Origin: an uncultured Pirellulales bacterium
Lineage (GTDB): Bacteria; Planctomycetota; Phycisphaerae; Sedimentisphaerales; Anaerobacaceae
Assembly: GCA_964610435.1 (NCBI GenBank)
Contig: CAZSXM010000003.1
Span: 86,575-150,574 of the forward strand
Direction of reading: 5' to 3'
Length of the DNA: 64,000 nucleotides
The notes beneath the pieces are model-generated. The model saw nothing but the letters and a program-made list of their open reading frames with translations. It searched no databases and was not told where the DNA came from. This document shows, piece after piece, positions 10,497 to 20,094 of this stretch (position 1 is its first letter; the number at the start of each line of letters is the position of its first letter). The position numbers and the translations under genes are program-made.

Positions 10497-11966
10497 TTGA
10501 CGAGCCAGACCGACACAGACAAATTCGAGCAACAGAGACAGGACAAGATCGAGAAGCTTGAGGCCTTGGGGATCGACCCGTACGGAGGGCGATTCGAGCC
10601 CACCGAGCCGGCCGAATCGATCAAGGCCCGATTCCAGGACGAACAGGAAGGCCAGCAGGCGCGCTGCGCCGGGCGGATCGTCTTGTTCCGCGACATCGGC
10701 AAACTGATCTTCATCACCCTGCGGGACCGCAGCGGCACCATTCAGGTCGGACTCAGCAAGAGCATCCTGAAAGACCAGTGGCCCCTGGCCAAGCTGCTGG
10801 ATTTGGGCGACCTCATCGGCGCCGCCGGCCAGCTCGGCAGGACCCGCACCGGCGAGATCACCGTGTGGGTCGAAGAGAACGGCCTGACGTTTCTGAGCAA
10901 GTGCCTCTCGCAGCCGCCGGAGAAATTCCACGGACTGGCCGACATCGACCAGCGATACCGCCAGCGATATGTGGACCTGTGGGCCAATCCGGAGGTCATG
11001 GAGCGGTTCAAGAAACGAAGCGCCATCATTGCCACCATCCGTCAGTTCCTCGAAGCCAGGGGTTTCCTCGAAGTCGAGACGCCCATGATGCAGGCCATCG
11101 CCGGTGGGGCGGCCGCCAAGCCGTTCATCACGCATCACAACAGCCTCGATCTCGATCTGTATCTTCGGATCTCGCCCGAACTGTTCCTCAAACGGCTGCT
11201 CGTCGGCGGTTTGGAGCGCGTCTTCGAGATCAATCGCAGTTTCCGTAACGAAGGGCTCAGCCGACGGCACAATCCCGAATTCACCATGATCGAGGTCTAT
11301 CAGGCGTACGGCGACTACAATGTCATGATGGACCTGACCGAGGAACTCATCGGCTCGTGCGTGGGGGCCCACTGTGCCGAGACGACCGTCACGTTCGGCG
11401 AGCGTGACGTCAATCTGGCGCGGCCGTGGAGGCGGGTCCGGTATGCCGATCTGCTCAAGGAGCATAGCGGCTGCGACATCGATGATATCGAGGCGATCCG
11501 TCGCAAGGCCCGCTCGCTGGAGCTGGACGAATCCGCGATGGACGATGCGGTCGTGGTCAATGAGGTCTTCGAGGCGACGGTCGAGGATGCGCTGATCGAT
11601 CCGACGTTTGTTCTGGACTACCCGGCGGTCCTCTGCCCGCTGACCAAGCGGAGCAAGACCGATCCGCGCTACGCCGAGCGTTTCGAGCTGTTCATTGCCG
11701 GCATGGAGCTGGCCAACGCCTATACCGAGCTGAACGATCCGGCCCAGCAATACGAGAACTTCCTCGTGCAGCTCAAAGGCCAGGAGGATACGATGGCCAC
11801 TATGGACACCGATTTCATCAAGGCCCTGAAGTATGGCATGCCGCCGGCCGGCGGGCTGGGGATCGGGATCGACCGGCTGGTGATGATTCTGACGGGCGCG
11901 ACGACGATTCGCGACGTGATCCTGTTCCCACACCTCAAGCCGGTGGACGCGCCGACGGCGGGCTGA
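10497..11966 (+). CDS. lysS: Lysine--tRNA ligase (class II)
   Basis: RQRYVDL, FLEVETPMM, GGAAAKPF, LRISPELFLKRL, FRNEG, HNPEFT, YGMPPAGGLGIGIDRL. Probable TTG start at 10497. Confidence 0.97.
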   Translation: MTSQTDTDKFEQQRQDKIEKLEALGIDPYGGRFEPTEPAESIKARFQDEQEGQQARCAGRIVLFRDIGKLIFITLRDRSGTIQVGLSKSILKDQWPLAKLLDLGDLIGAAGQLGRTRTGEITVWVEENGLTFLSKCLSQPPEKFHGLADIDQRYRQRYVDLWANPEVMERFKKRSAIIATIRQFLEARGFLEVETPMMQAIAGGAAAKPFITHHNSLDLDLYLRISPELFLKRLLVGGLERVFEINRSFRNEGLSRRHNPEFTMIEVYQAYGDYNVMMDLTEELIGSCVGAHCAETTVTFGERDVNLARPWRRVRYADLLKEHSGCDIDDIEAIRRKARSLELDESAMDDAVVVNEVFEATVEDALIDPTFVLDYPAVLCPLTKRSKTDPRYAERFELFIAGMELANAYTELNDPAQQYENFLVQLKGQEDTMATMDTDFIKALKYGMPPAGGLGIGIDRLVMILTGATTIRDVILFPHLKPVDAPTAG

Positions 11967-11995
11967 TCGCGCGATTGTGGCATTCAGGTTGCTCG

Positions 11996-13342
11996 ATGTT
12001 GAAATTATTCCTCTGGCTGAGGTACCTTCGAAAGCGGCGGATCATCTTCTTGAGCATCGCCGCCGTGGCGCTGTCGGTCTCGCTGTTGATCGTCGTCGCC
12101 AGTCTCTTCACCGGCTTCATCAATGCCTTCGAGCGAAGCGCCGTCGAGATGCTCGGCGACGTGGTGATCGCGCCGCCGCCGGGCGTGCCCATCCATAGAT
12201 ACCCATTGCTCGTTGAGCGGCTCGAGCAGACCGACATCGTTGAGGCCGCCACTGGCACGCTGTACAGCCAGGGGTTGCTGAACGTCGGGATCGGAAACGT
12301 ACGGCCAGTCAGCATCTGGGGGATTGAGGCCGGTCCTCGGGCCAGGGTCACCGGATTCAAAGGTGCGCTGCTTCGCCAGGGGTTGTTGTCGGGCGAACCT
12401 TCGTTCGAAGTGCCCGGGATGCTCGATGCGGACGGCGGGTTTGTCGGGATCGGTGTCGTTGCCGAGGCCGACCCGGACACCGACGAATACAATCAGGCCG
12501 CCGTCCTCAAAGGGATGATAGGCCAGCGCGTGGTCCTCACCACGGGAACGATGGACGCGACCGATGATTCGGACCGGACGCCCAGGCGAAAGCTCTTGCC
12601 ATTTCACATCGCCGACGTTGTCTTCACGGGGGTACACGATCTCGACACCGGCTTCGTCTATGTCCCGATCGAGACCCTGGCGGACGTGCTTTATCCCGGT
12701 CAGGACGCTCCGGCCACGACGATCAACATCAAGCTCAGACCCGGGACGGACCCCGCTCTGGCGGTAGCTCAGATTCGCGGCCTGTGGGACGTGTTCGCCG
12801 AGCGGCAGCTTGGCTGGAGTGAATACTGGAGGAAAACGGCGACCGAGATTGTCACGTCGCGCGAGATGCAGCGCCGATACGTCGAGGAGATCCGCAAGCA
12901 GATGGGCGTGCTCCTGCTGATCTTCGGTGTGGTCAGCTTCACGGTGGTGGTGCTGGTCTTCTGCATCTTCTACATGATCGTCCGGCTCAAGCAGCGCGAC
13001 ATCGCCATCCTCAAGAGTTGCGGCGCCGCCAGCGTCTCGGTGGCCTGGATCTTTCTCGGCTTCGGCATGACGGTCGGTGTCGTGGGCGCCGCCATTGGGG
13101 CCATCGGCGGCTATGCGATCACGAAGAACATCAACGCAGTTGAAGAGGCGATTCGCGTGCTCTTCGGCCTGAAGCTGTGGAGCAGCAGCGTGTATATGTT
13201 CGCACGAATCCCGAACGAGGTGGACTGGGCGTCGGCTCTGCCGATTGTCGCACTGGCGATTGGGGCCGCGGCGATCGGGGCCCTGACTCCCGCCATCGTT
13301 GCGGCGTTGACGCGGCCGGTGGAGGTCTTGCGATATGAATGA
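11996..13342 (+). CDS. LolC/E-family ABC permease (copy 1)
   Basis: N-terminal TM after RYLRKRR; periplasmic domain; DIAILKSCGA; C-terminal PAIVAALTRPVEVLRYE. Confidence 0.9.
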   Translation: MLKLFLWLRYLRKRRIIFLSIAAVALSVSLLIVVASLFTGFINAFERSAVEMLGDVVIAPPPGVPIHRYPLLVERLEQTDIVEAATGTLYSQGLLNVGIGNVRPVSIWGIEAGPRARVTGFKGALLRQGLLSGEPSFEVPGMLDADGGFVGIGVVAEADPDTDEYNQAAVLKGMIGQRVVLTTGTMDATDDSDRTPRRKLLPFHIADVVFTGVHDLDTGFVYVPIETLADVLYPGQDAPATTINIKLRPGTDPALAVAQIRGLWDVFAERQLGWSEYWRKTATEIVTSREMQRRYVEEIRKQMGVLLLIFGVVSFTVVVLVFCIFYMIVRLKQRDIAILKSCGAASVSVAWIFLGFGMTVGVVGAAIGAIGGYAITKNINAVEEAIRVLFGLKLWSSSVYMFARIPNEVDWASALPIVALAIGAAAIGALTPAIVAALTRPVEVLRYE

Positions 13343-13359
13343 CGCCGTGGGACAGGTGC

Positions 13360-14703
13360 ATGCATAAGCTCAAGCTGATAGTCCGATATCTGCTCAGGCA
13401 GCGAATCACGCATTTTGCTGTGTTGACGGTTGCGCTGTGTGTATTCATCGTCGTCGTGGTGATGACGGTGATGAACGGCCTGGTCGGCCAGTTCAAGCAG
13501 AAGAACCACGACTTCGTCGGTGATTGCGTCGTTGGCACCAAGTCGCTCGTCGGGTTCCCCTACTACGAAGAGTTGATGGCCGATCTCGAACGGCTCGACG
13601 GCGTCGAGGCCGTCTCGCCCGTGGTCAAGAACTACGCGCTGCTTCGCCCGCAGTATGATCGGGAGCAGTACGTCGAGTTGCTCGGCCTCGACCCGGTCCG
13701 GCACAGCCGGGTGACGAACTTCGCACAGACCCTCGGCTACCATGCCGACGACCCGGCCAAGGCCTTTGTTCCCGTCTACGAGCCGAACGCCTTGGGATGC
13801 GTCCTGGGGATCGACCTGGTCCTCTGGCGGGACGCCCGCAGCCAATACACCCATGACGCCAGCCCGCGCCGGGCCGCCTTCTCGCTGACGTGTTTTCCTC
13901 TCAACGCCCGAGGCGCGCCGGCCCTGGCCGGAACGACCATTGTGAGCAATCAGCAGTTTTATTACAGCGACACCTCTCACAGCGGCATTGCCCGCGTCGA
14001 TGGTTCCACGGTGTACATCCCGTTGGAGCAGGCGCAGTCGCTCTGCATGGCCGGGCAGTACAAGAGAGTCAGCGCCGTCCACGTCAAGTTCCGACCCGGC
14101 GTCGACCTGCGTGCCGGCGTCGAGCAAGTGCGCGGGCTGTGGGGTCAGTTCAAACAGGAGCGAGTCAATGCCCCCGATGGCCGGCTCCTGGAGACGGTGA
14201 CGGTCGAGAGCTGGAAGGAATACCGCCGGGCCTTCATCGCCCCCATGGAGAAGGAAGAGACGCTGATGAGCGTCATGTTCGGCTTCGTCGGGGTCACGGC
14301 GGTGTTCATCGTGTTCGTTGTCTTCTACATGATCGTCAGCCACAAGACCAAGGACGTCGGCGTGCTCAAGAGCGTGGGCGCCTCCAGCGCCAGCGTGATG
14401 GTGCTGTTCTCGGGATTTGCCTTCGTCATAGGCCTGCTGGGATCGGTGGCGGGCATCGCGGGCGGCTGGCTGTTTCTCGCCAGGATCAACCGCATCGAAG
14501 AGTGGCTCTATCAGCGGTTCGGATTCCAGCTCTGGGACCGGACGATCTACGCGATCGGCGAAATCCCCCACGATGTGCAAATGCACACGCTGGCGGTCAT
14601 CGCTCTCTTCGCGATTGTGGCCTGTCTGATCGGCGCGCTGGTCCCTGCCTACAATGCGGCGCGGTTGCGACCGGTCGAGACGCTTCACGGCGGTCGGATG
14701 TGA
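13360..14703 (+). CDS. LolC/E-family ABC permease (copy 2)
   Basis: VVMTVMNG, KTKDVGVLKSVGAS, PAYNAARLRPVETL. Confidence 0.9.
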   Translation: MHKLKLIVRYLLRQRITHFAVLTVALCVFIVVVVMTVMNGLVGQFKQKNHDFVGDCVVGTKSLVGFPYYEELMADLERLDGVEAVSPVVKNYALLRPQYDREQYVELLGLDPVRHSRVTNFAQTLGYHADDPAKAFVPVYEPNALGCVLGIDLVLWRDARSQYTHDASPRRAAFSLTCFPLNARGAPALAGTTIVSNQQFYYSDTSHSGIARVDGSTVYIPLEQAQSLCMAGQYKRVSAVHVKFRPGVDLRAGVEQVRGLWGQFKQERVNAPDGRLLETVTVESWKEYRRAFIAPMEKEETLMSVMFGFVGVTAVFIVFVVFYMIVSHKTKDVGVLKSVGASSASVMVLFSGFAFVIGLLGSVAGIAGGWLFLARINRIEEWLYQRFGFQLWDRTIYAIGEIPHDVQMHTLAVIALFAIVACLIGALVPAYNAARLRPVETLHGGRM

Positions 14704-14838
14704 CGGCCCGCCGTCCCGGCCTGGGGGAGGGATTCCCGGTTTTGCTTGTGGGGACGGGAGAAATCCGCTATAGAAGGGCGGCCCGGCCGGCGCTGTCGTG
14801 TGGCGAGATTGGGCCGGGTGCGCATGGGTGGAACCTGT

Positions 14839-15537
<699 letters not shown>

Positions 15538-15614
15538 TCCGTCGGGGACGGTGGTTTCGTCGGGCCGGCCCGCTCGATTCAGCCGCAATGAACTGGGAGG
15601 CATGAGATTCGCGT

Positions 15615-16481
15615 ATGGCGTTGAAGATTTGGATGAATACAGGGCTGGTCGATGAAGCCGACGCCAAGGTCTCCGTCTTCGATCACGGACTTCTCTACGG
15701 CGACGGTGTGTTCGAGGGCATCCGTGTGTACGATGGCAGGGTGTTTGAGCTAGCGGCCCACATCCGGAGGCTGTTCGAGTCGGCCCAGGCCATTCGCCTG
15801 CCGATCTCGATGGGCCGCGAAGAACTCGGCGAAGCCGTTGAGACAACGGTCAAGGCCAACAACATCGGCGACGGTTACGTCCGCCTCATCGTCACCCGGG
15901 GCATCGGAAACCTCGGCCTGAACCCGCTGATTTGCAAGGACAGCAATCTGATCATTATCGCCGACACGATTCAACTCTATCCGGAGGAATTGTACGAGAA
16001 GGGCATGCGGATCGTCAGCGCCACGACGCGGCGCACCCATCCGCTGGCCTTCCCATCCCAGGTCAAGAGCCTGAACTACCTGAACAACATCATGGCCAAG
16101 ATCGAGGCCCTCGACAGCGGCGTGCCCGAAGCGATCATGTACAACCAGGAAGGGTACGTTGCTGAGGCGACGGGCGACAACGTGTTCATCGTCCGCGACG
16201 GCGTCGTTTTGACGCCGCCGGTCGAGGCCGGTGGCTTGGCGGGGATCACGCGCGGCATCGTCATCCGGCTGGCCCGGGAGCGGGGGATTCAAGTCGTCGA
16301 GAAGAACCTGACGCGATACGATCTCTACGTGTGTGATGAGCTCTTCCTGACCGGCACGGCCGCCGAGGTCATTGGCATCGTGGAGATCGACGGACGTCAC
16401 ATCGGCGAGGGCAGGCCCGGACCGACCACACACCTTCTGAGAGACGCCTTCGACAACTACGCGCGGGGAAGAGGGCAGTGA
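15615..16481 (+). CDS. ilvE: Branched-chain amino acid aminotransferase
   Basis: DHGLLYGDGVFEGIR, KSLNY, EATGDNVF, LAGITR, LFLTGTAAEV. Confidence 0.95.
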   Translation: MALKIWMNTGLVDEADAKVSVFDHGLLYGDGVFEGIRVYDGRVFELAAHIRRLFESAQAIRLPISMGREELGEAVETTVKANNIGDGYVRLIVTRGIGNLGLNPLICKDSNLIIIADTIQLYPEELYEKGMRIVSATTRRTHPLAFPSQVKSLNYLNNIMAKIEALDSGVPEAIMYNQEGYVAEATGDNVFIVRDGVVLTPPVEAGGLAGITRGIVIRLARERGIQVVEKNLTRYDLYVCDELFLTGTAAEVIGIVEIDGRHIGEGRPGPTTHLLRDAFDNYARGRGQ

Positions 16482-17521
16482 CCGTCCCTCCCCGGCGCGC
16501 CGGCCGCACGTTGGAATTGCCGATCGACATGAATGCAATCGAGCATACGCCTTGGCACGACATCCCGTCCTTTCAATCGGTGGACGCCGATCTGAGGCGC
16601 GTGACTGACTTGATCCACCGCTCCCTGTCGGCGCCCGACTGGGCGGCCGAGCTGGCCCCGATGCTCGAGCATTTCATCGCACGCGGCGGCAAGATGATTC
16701 GGCCCGCTCTCGTCCTGCTGGCCGGGCGGTGCTTCGGGCCGATCACACAGGAGCACATCGACGTCTCGGCCATGATGGAAATGATCCACGGCGCGACCCT
16801 GCTTCACGATGACGTTGTGGACGACGGCCTGACGCGGCGCGGAGGGCCCACGGTCAATGCTGTCTGGGGCAATGAGTCGGCCGTCCTGCTGGGCGATTTC
16901 GTCCTCAGTCAAGTCTTCAAGATGACCGTGAACCTCGATCCATCGCTGGCCGGCGTCGTCGCGCAGACCGCTGTCTGTGTTTGCGAGGGCGAGCTTCGGC
17001 AGGTGGCCCAGAGGCGCAACTGGCAACTGACCGAATCCGAGTACATCAGCATCATCACCGACAAGAGCGCTGCGTTCTTCAGCGGGTGCTGCCGGATCGG
17101 CGCGCTGTTGTCGCAGGCCCCCGACGACACAGTTGAAGCGCTCGCGCAGTATGGCTTGAATGCCGGAATCGCCTTTCAGATTGAGGACGATTTGCTCGAC
17201 ATCACCGGCGCCGAATCCGAGACGGGCAAGACCTCGCAGCGCGACGTTGCCAAGAGCAAGCTGACCCTTGCGGTGATCCACCTGCTCGACGCCGTCGGTC
17301 CCTCAGCGCGCCCAGAGGTGCTGGCCCTGCTGGATGCCCCCTCCCGACCTCGCGACGAGCTGCGGCGCATGCTCGATTGTCACGGCAGTCTGGACTACGC
17401 GCGTCGATGTGCCGGTCGCTATGTAGATGCCGCAATCGAGGCTCTGGCCCCAATTCCTGAAGGTTGTGCGAGGGAGGCCCTGGTGCAAGCGGCCCGCTTC
17501 ATGGCGCATCGCAAGGCGTGA
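16478..17521 (+). CDS. Polyprenyl diphosphate synthase
   Basis: GGKMIRP, first DDxxD (LLHDDVVD), second motif (AFQIEDDLLD). Start may be the ATG at 16529. Confidence 0.92.
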   Translation: MTVPPRRAGRTLELPIDMNAIEHTPWHDIPSFQSVDADLRRVTDLIHRSLSAPDWAAELAPMLEHFIARGGKMIRPALVLLAGRCFGPITQEHIDVSAMMEMIHGATLLHDDVVDDGLTRRGGPTVNAVWGNESAVLLGDFVLSQVFKMTVNLDPSLAGVVAQTAVCVCEGELRQVAQRRNWQLTESEYISIITDKSAAFFSGCCRIGALLSQAPDDTVEALAQYGLNAGIAFQIEDDLLDITGAESETGKTSQRDVAKSKLTLAVIHLLDAVGPSARPEVLALLDAPSRPRDELRRMLDCHGSLDYARRCAGRYVDAAIEALAPIPEGCAREALVQAARFMAHRKA

Positions 17522-17539
17522 GGCATTGCGAAAGATCGG

Positions 17540-18415
17540 CTATCGGTCGCGAAAGAATTGCGCCGGAGCGATGGCCGCGCCGAAGCCGAAGACCCACGAG
17601 TCACGGGTGTACTGTCCCTCGATCCAGGCATTCGTTCTGGGCGACATCTGCCAGATCGCGCCGAAATGGACGCCCGCCTGAGAGGTCTCTTCGATGTCAC
17701 CGGAGTACGCAAACGTTCCCGTGCGGAGGCCGTCGGTGAACGTCGCGCCGCGACGATCGACATTCCCCCGCACGAACTGGACGAACGGCCCGGCCCAGAA
17801 GCGAAACACGTCGATCTGATACGTGGCGGCCAGAGTCGTCTGCACGTGCCAGAGATCGGCGTTGGCGCGGCCGGAAACAGTCGAACCGGGCGCATCGGGA
17901 TCGGACCATGAGAGGCGGCTCTTGCCCGGGTCCAGCCAGGTCACCTGCGTCGTTCCGCCGAACTGCCAGGGACCCCAGTAGCAGAAGGTGGCCCGGGTGC
18001 CGAGGCCGCAGGCCAGGCCGTAGCCGCCGTCGTAGCGAAATCGCTCGGGGCCGTCGCCGACGGGGATCGTCCGTACCGTGGTGCGACCGCGTCCGTCGGC
18101 CGTGCCGAGTCGAACGAAAACGTCCCAACTGTCGACGATGCCGTAAGCCAGGCTCCCGAAGACCATGCGACTCTTCAGGCCTTTGACATCAAGGAACTCC
18201 GCATGGTACATGGCGTCGTCGTCGTGGGGTTTGCTCCGGCGTGTACCGTGGGCCTTCAGGCCCGTCTCCGCGTAGCCGTATTCGACGCCGACGGTCCACT
18301 GGCCCTCCTCCAGAATGGCGACCGGCGGCCCCATCACCCCGGCGCTGCGTGCCGACGGTCCCGGCAAGACCATCAGACCCAGGATGAGGCCCAGAATGCC
18401 TCGCTTGGTCTTCAT
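17540..18415 (-). CDS. Outer-membrane beta-barrel protein
   Basis: Signal peptide; amphipathic strands rich in W/Y/F/G (WTVGVEYGY, WDVFVRLG, WVFGFGAAI). Confidence 0.7.
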   Translation of the reverse strand: MKTKRGILGLILGLMVLPGPSARSAGVMGPPVAILEEGQWTVGVEYGYAETGLKAHGTRRSKPHDDDAMYHAEFLDVKGLKSRMVFGSLAYGIVDSWDVFVRLGTADGRGRTTVRTIPVGDGPERFRYDGGYGLACGLGTRATFCYWGPWQFGGTTQVTWLDPGKSRLSWSDPDAPGSTVSGRANADLWHVQTTLAATYQIDVFRFWAGPFVQFVRGNVDRRGATFTDGLRTGTFAYSGDIEETSQAGVHFGAIWQMSPRTNAWIEGQYTRDSWVFGFGAAIAPAQFFRDR

Positions 18416-18505
18416 GTGCGAGTCCTTTCCCGTACGAGACCCGTCCGTTCATCTGCCCGTTGTTGCGCTCGGCTACACGTATGGGGTGCAATCGTTGCAA
18501 AGGCG

Positions 18506-18534
18506 AGTCTACCCGGAGCGTGCGCTGCCGTCAA
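18506..18534 (-). promoter_or_regulatory. Sigma70-type promoter TTGACG-N17-TAGACT for the 18415 barrel gene
   Basis: Minus strand: -35 at 18534-18529, 17-nt spacer counted, -10 at 18511-18506. Confidence 0.6.
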
Positions 18535-18589
18535 GCCGATCGTGTCTCACGTGGCGTCGCGGGCGTGCGCATCGGGTTTGGGCATGGCC

Positions 18590-18626
18590 AAAAAAGAAAG
18601 CTGCGAGTCCTTGGGACTCGCAGCTT
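18590..18626 (-). terminator. Rho-independent terminator
   Basis: Perfect 13-bp stem aagctgcgagtcc/ggactcgcagctt (18598-18626). The A-tract at 18590-18599 gives a U-tail on the minus strand, 53 nt after the stop at 18679. Confidence 0.85.
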
Positions 18627-18678
18627 GGTGCTCAAGATTGGAAGGACCTCGATTGTGCGGTCTTCCGCTCCTCAATTC

Positions 18679-19293
18679 CTACTTGAACTGATGGACGATA
18701 CCAGCGAACAGCGCGTGCCCATCCCTGACGGCCTTTCCGATGTCACCATCCCAGCGATGGTATTGGTACTCAACATAGAAATCGTTGTAGGCGTTCAATT
18801 CGTAACGCAAGCCTGCGATTGGACCCCACAACCAGCCGTCAGGTTTCTCCCTGATCACTGTTGTTCCGCCTGCTTTCCCGGAAATCTTGGCCTTGGCCCA
18901 CATAAACTGACCGCCGACATAGGGTACCCACTGGTTCGTTGGCATGAAGTGATAGGCAGCCCGAGCACCCAAGCCGTAGAGATCGACGTCCGCTTTTGCT
19001 TTGCCCGACAAATCAAAGGTGTCCCCGTCGAACTCAACCTCTTCAACGATCTTCAGTTCGGTCCTTGTCCAGTACCCCATGACTCTTCCACCAACCTGGA
19101 CGTTGTCGGTGATAAAGTAATTCACACCACCCTGGAGCCACCAGGCATCAATGTCCGGGCCGCCACTCTTTCCACTTTGGCTCATCCACCCAACCATCGC
19201 ATCGAGTTCCGTGTCGCCCATCTGTACCGCGGCGCTTGCGACACCACCGAGAGCCACACACCCCACCAAAGATAGAATCAACCAACGCTTCAT
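18679..19293 (-). CDS. Outer-membrane beta-barrel protein (OmpW/OmpA-like, about 8 strands)
   Basis: Signal peptide; WVPYVGGQF, GLRYEL, YVEYQY; C-terminal aromatic (GIVHQFK). Confidence 0.8.
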   Translation of the reverse strand: MKRWLILSLVGCVALGGVASAAVQMGDTELDAMVGWMSQSGKSGGPDIDAWWLQGGVNYFITDNVQVGGRVMGYWTRTELKIVEEVEFDGDTFDLSGKAKADVDLYGLGARAAYHFMPTNQWVPYVGGQFMWAKAKISGKAGGTTVIREKPDGWLWGPIAGLRYELNAYNDFYVEYQYHRWDGDIGKAVRDGHALFAGIVHQFK

Positions 19294-19349
19294 GATACTT
19301 CCCTTTCAACAACTACACTTACCATGGCTTTCCAGTCAGCCAACTACAA

Positions 19350-19418
19350 TCACACAACACCACGAACAAAAAGAACTCTCAAGCCTGTTTCCCTAACCGG
19401 CCTGTCTCTCACTCTCAT
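19350..19418 (-). other. Candidate upstream ORF/leader peptide MRVRDRPVRETGLRVLFVRGVV
   Basis: AGGAGGT (19433-19427), 8-nt spacer, ATG at 19418, TGA ending at 19350. Translated by hand. Confidence 0.35.
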
Positions 19419-19560
19419 TACGACTCACCTCCTGAGCATAGACTTCACAGCGTGTCCGTCGATGTCTGTAGAAGTCTATCGGCAGGGCAGCCAAAATCAA
19501 ATGAAAAATAACAGCCCTGCCGCCGAATATTGCCGAACCCCACACGTCACCCAATCCGCT

Positions 19561-19588
19561 ATTATCATTGATCGAGGCGGGAAATCAA
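19561..19588 (-). promoter_or_regulatory. Possible promoter TTGATT-N16-GATAAT for the 19293 barrel gene
   Basis: Minus-strand hexamers at 19588-19583 and 19566-19561. Confidence 0.35.
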
Positions 19589-19647
19589 GGGCGCTGTTTG
19601 CCGAAATCATGACCAGAATCCGGGCCACTGCCATGTCCCTAAGACTC

Positions 19648-19840
19648 GCGAATTCAAAAGGTTATGGTATGGCGCCTTGCGGGGGCGCCCGTGCCTCGTT
19701 TGCCAGGGCGCGAACGGAATGCGAACGTTCCGCCAGAATGGCAGCGGTTCGGGCGATTCGAGCGGTTCGTTTCGCCGGTTGCCGAGGGGCGCCGATGTTC
19801 TGGATACATAAGAAAGGCGCTCTGGAAATTCTTGATTCGC
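19648..19840. ncRNA. Candidate structured ncRNA (6S-like long hairpin)
   Basis: Nested complementary segments over 193 nt in an otherwise empty gap upstream of rarA-ygfA. Not verified by folding or covariance search. Confidence 0.25.
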
Positions 19841-20043
19841 ATGTGGATTGTGGCCGGGAGCACTGCGTGACATCCCCCGGCGCGTTCGCACACGGACCTG
19901 AGGGGTCTGGGACGCGTCCCCGTATGTGCCGCAGGTTACGAAATCCGCGTGTCCATTGGCCTGGAAATCTGTGCATGTTCCCCATCTTCTCGGCGTTGTG
20001 TTTCAGAATCTTGCGCGTTTCACACGACGTTGGGCAAATCCCG

Positions 20044-20072
20044 TCGACATTCACATCAATCGTCGGTACAAT
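20044..20072 (+). promoter_or_regulatory. Sigma70-type promoter TCGACA-N17-TACAAT for rarA
   Basis: -35 at 20044-20049, -10 at 20067-20072, 22 nt before the ATG at 20095. Confidence 0.65.
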
Positions 20073-20094
20073 ACGCCCAATGCGCAACGCGGGT

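Noticed and set aside
19324-20094. 257-aa N-terminal extension of RarA in the ORF track
   Set aside because: Not protein-like; a good promoter at 20044-20072 and RarA homology starting near the ATG at 20095 argue against it.
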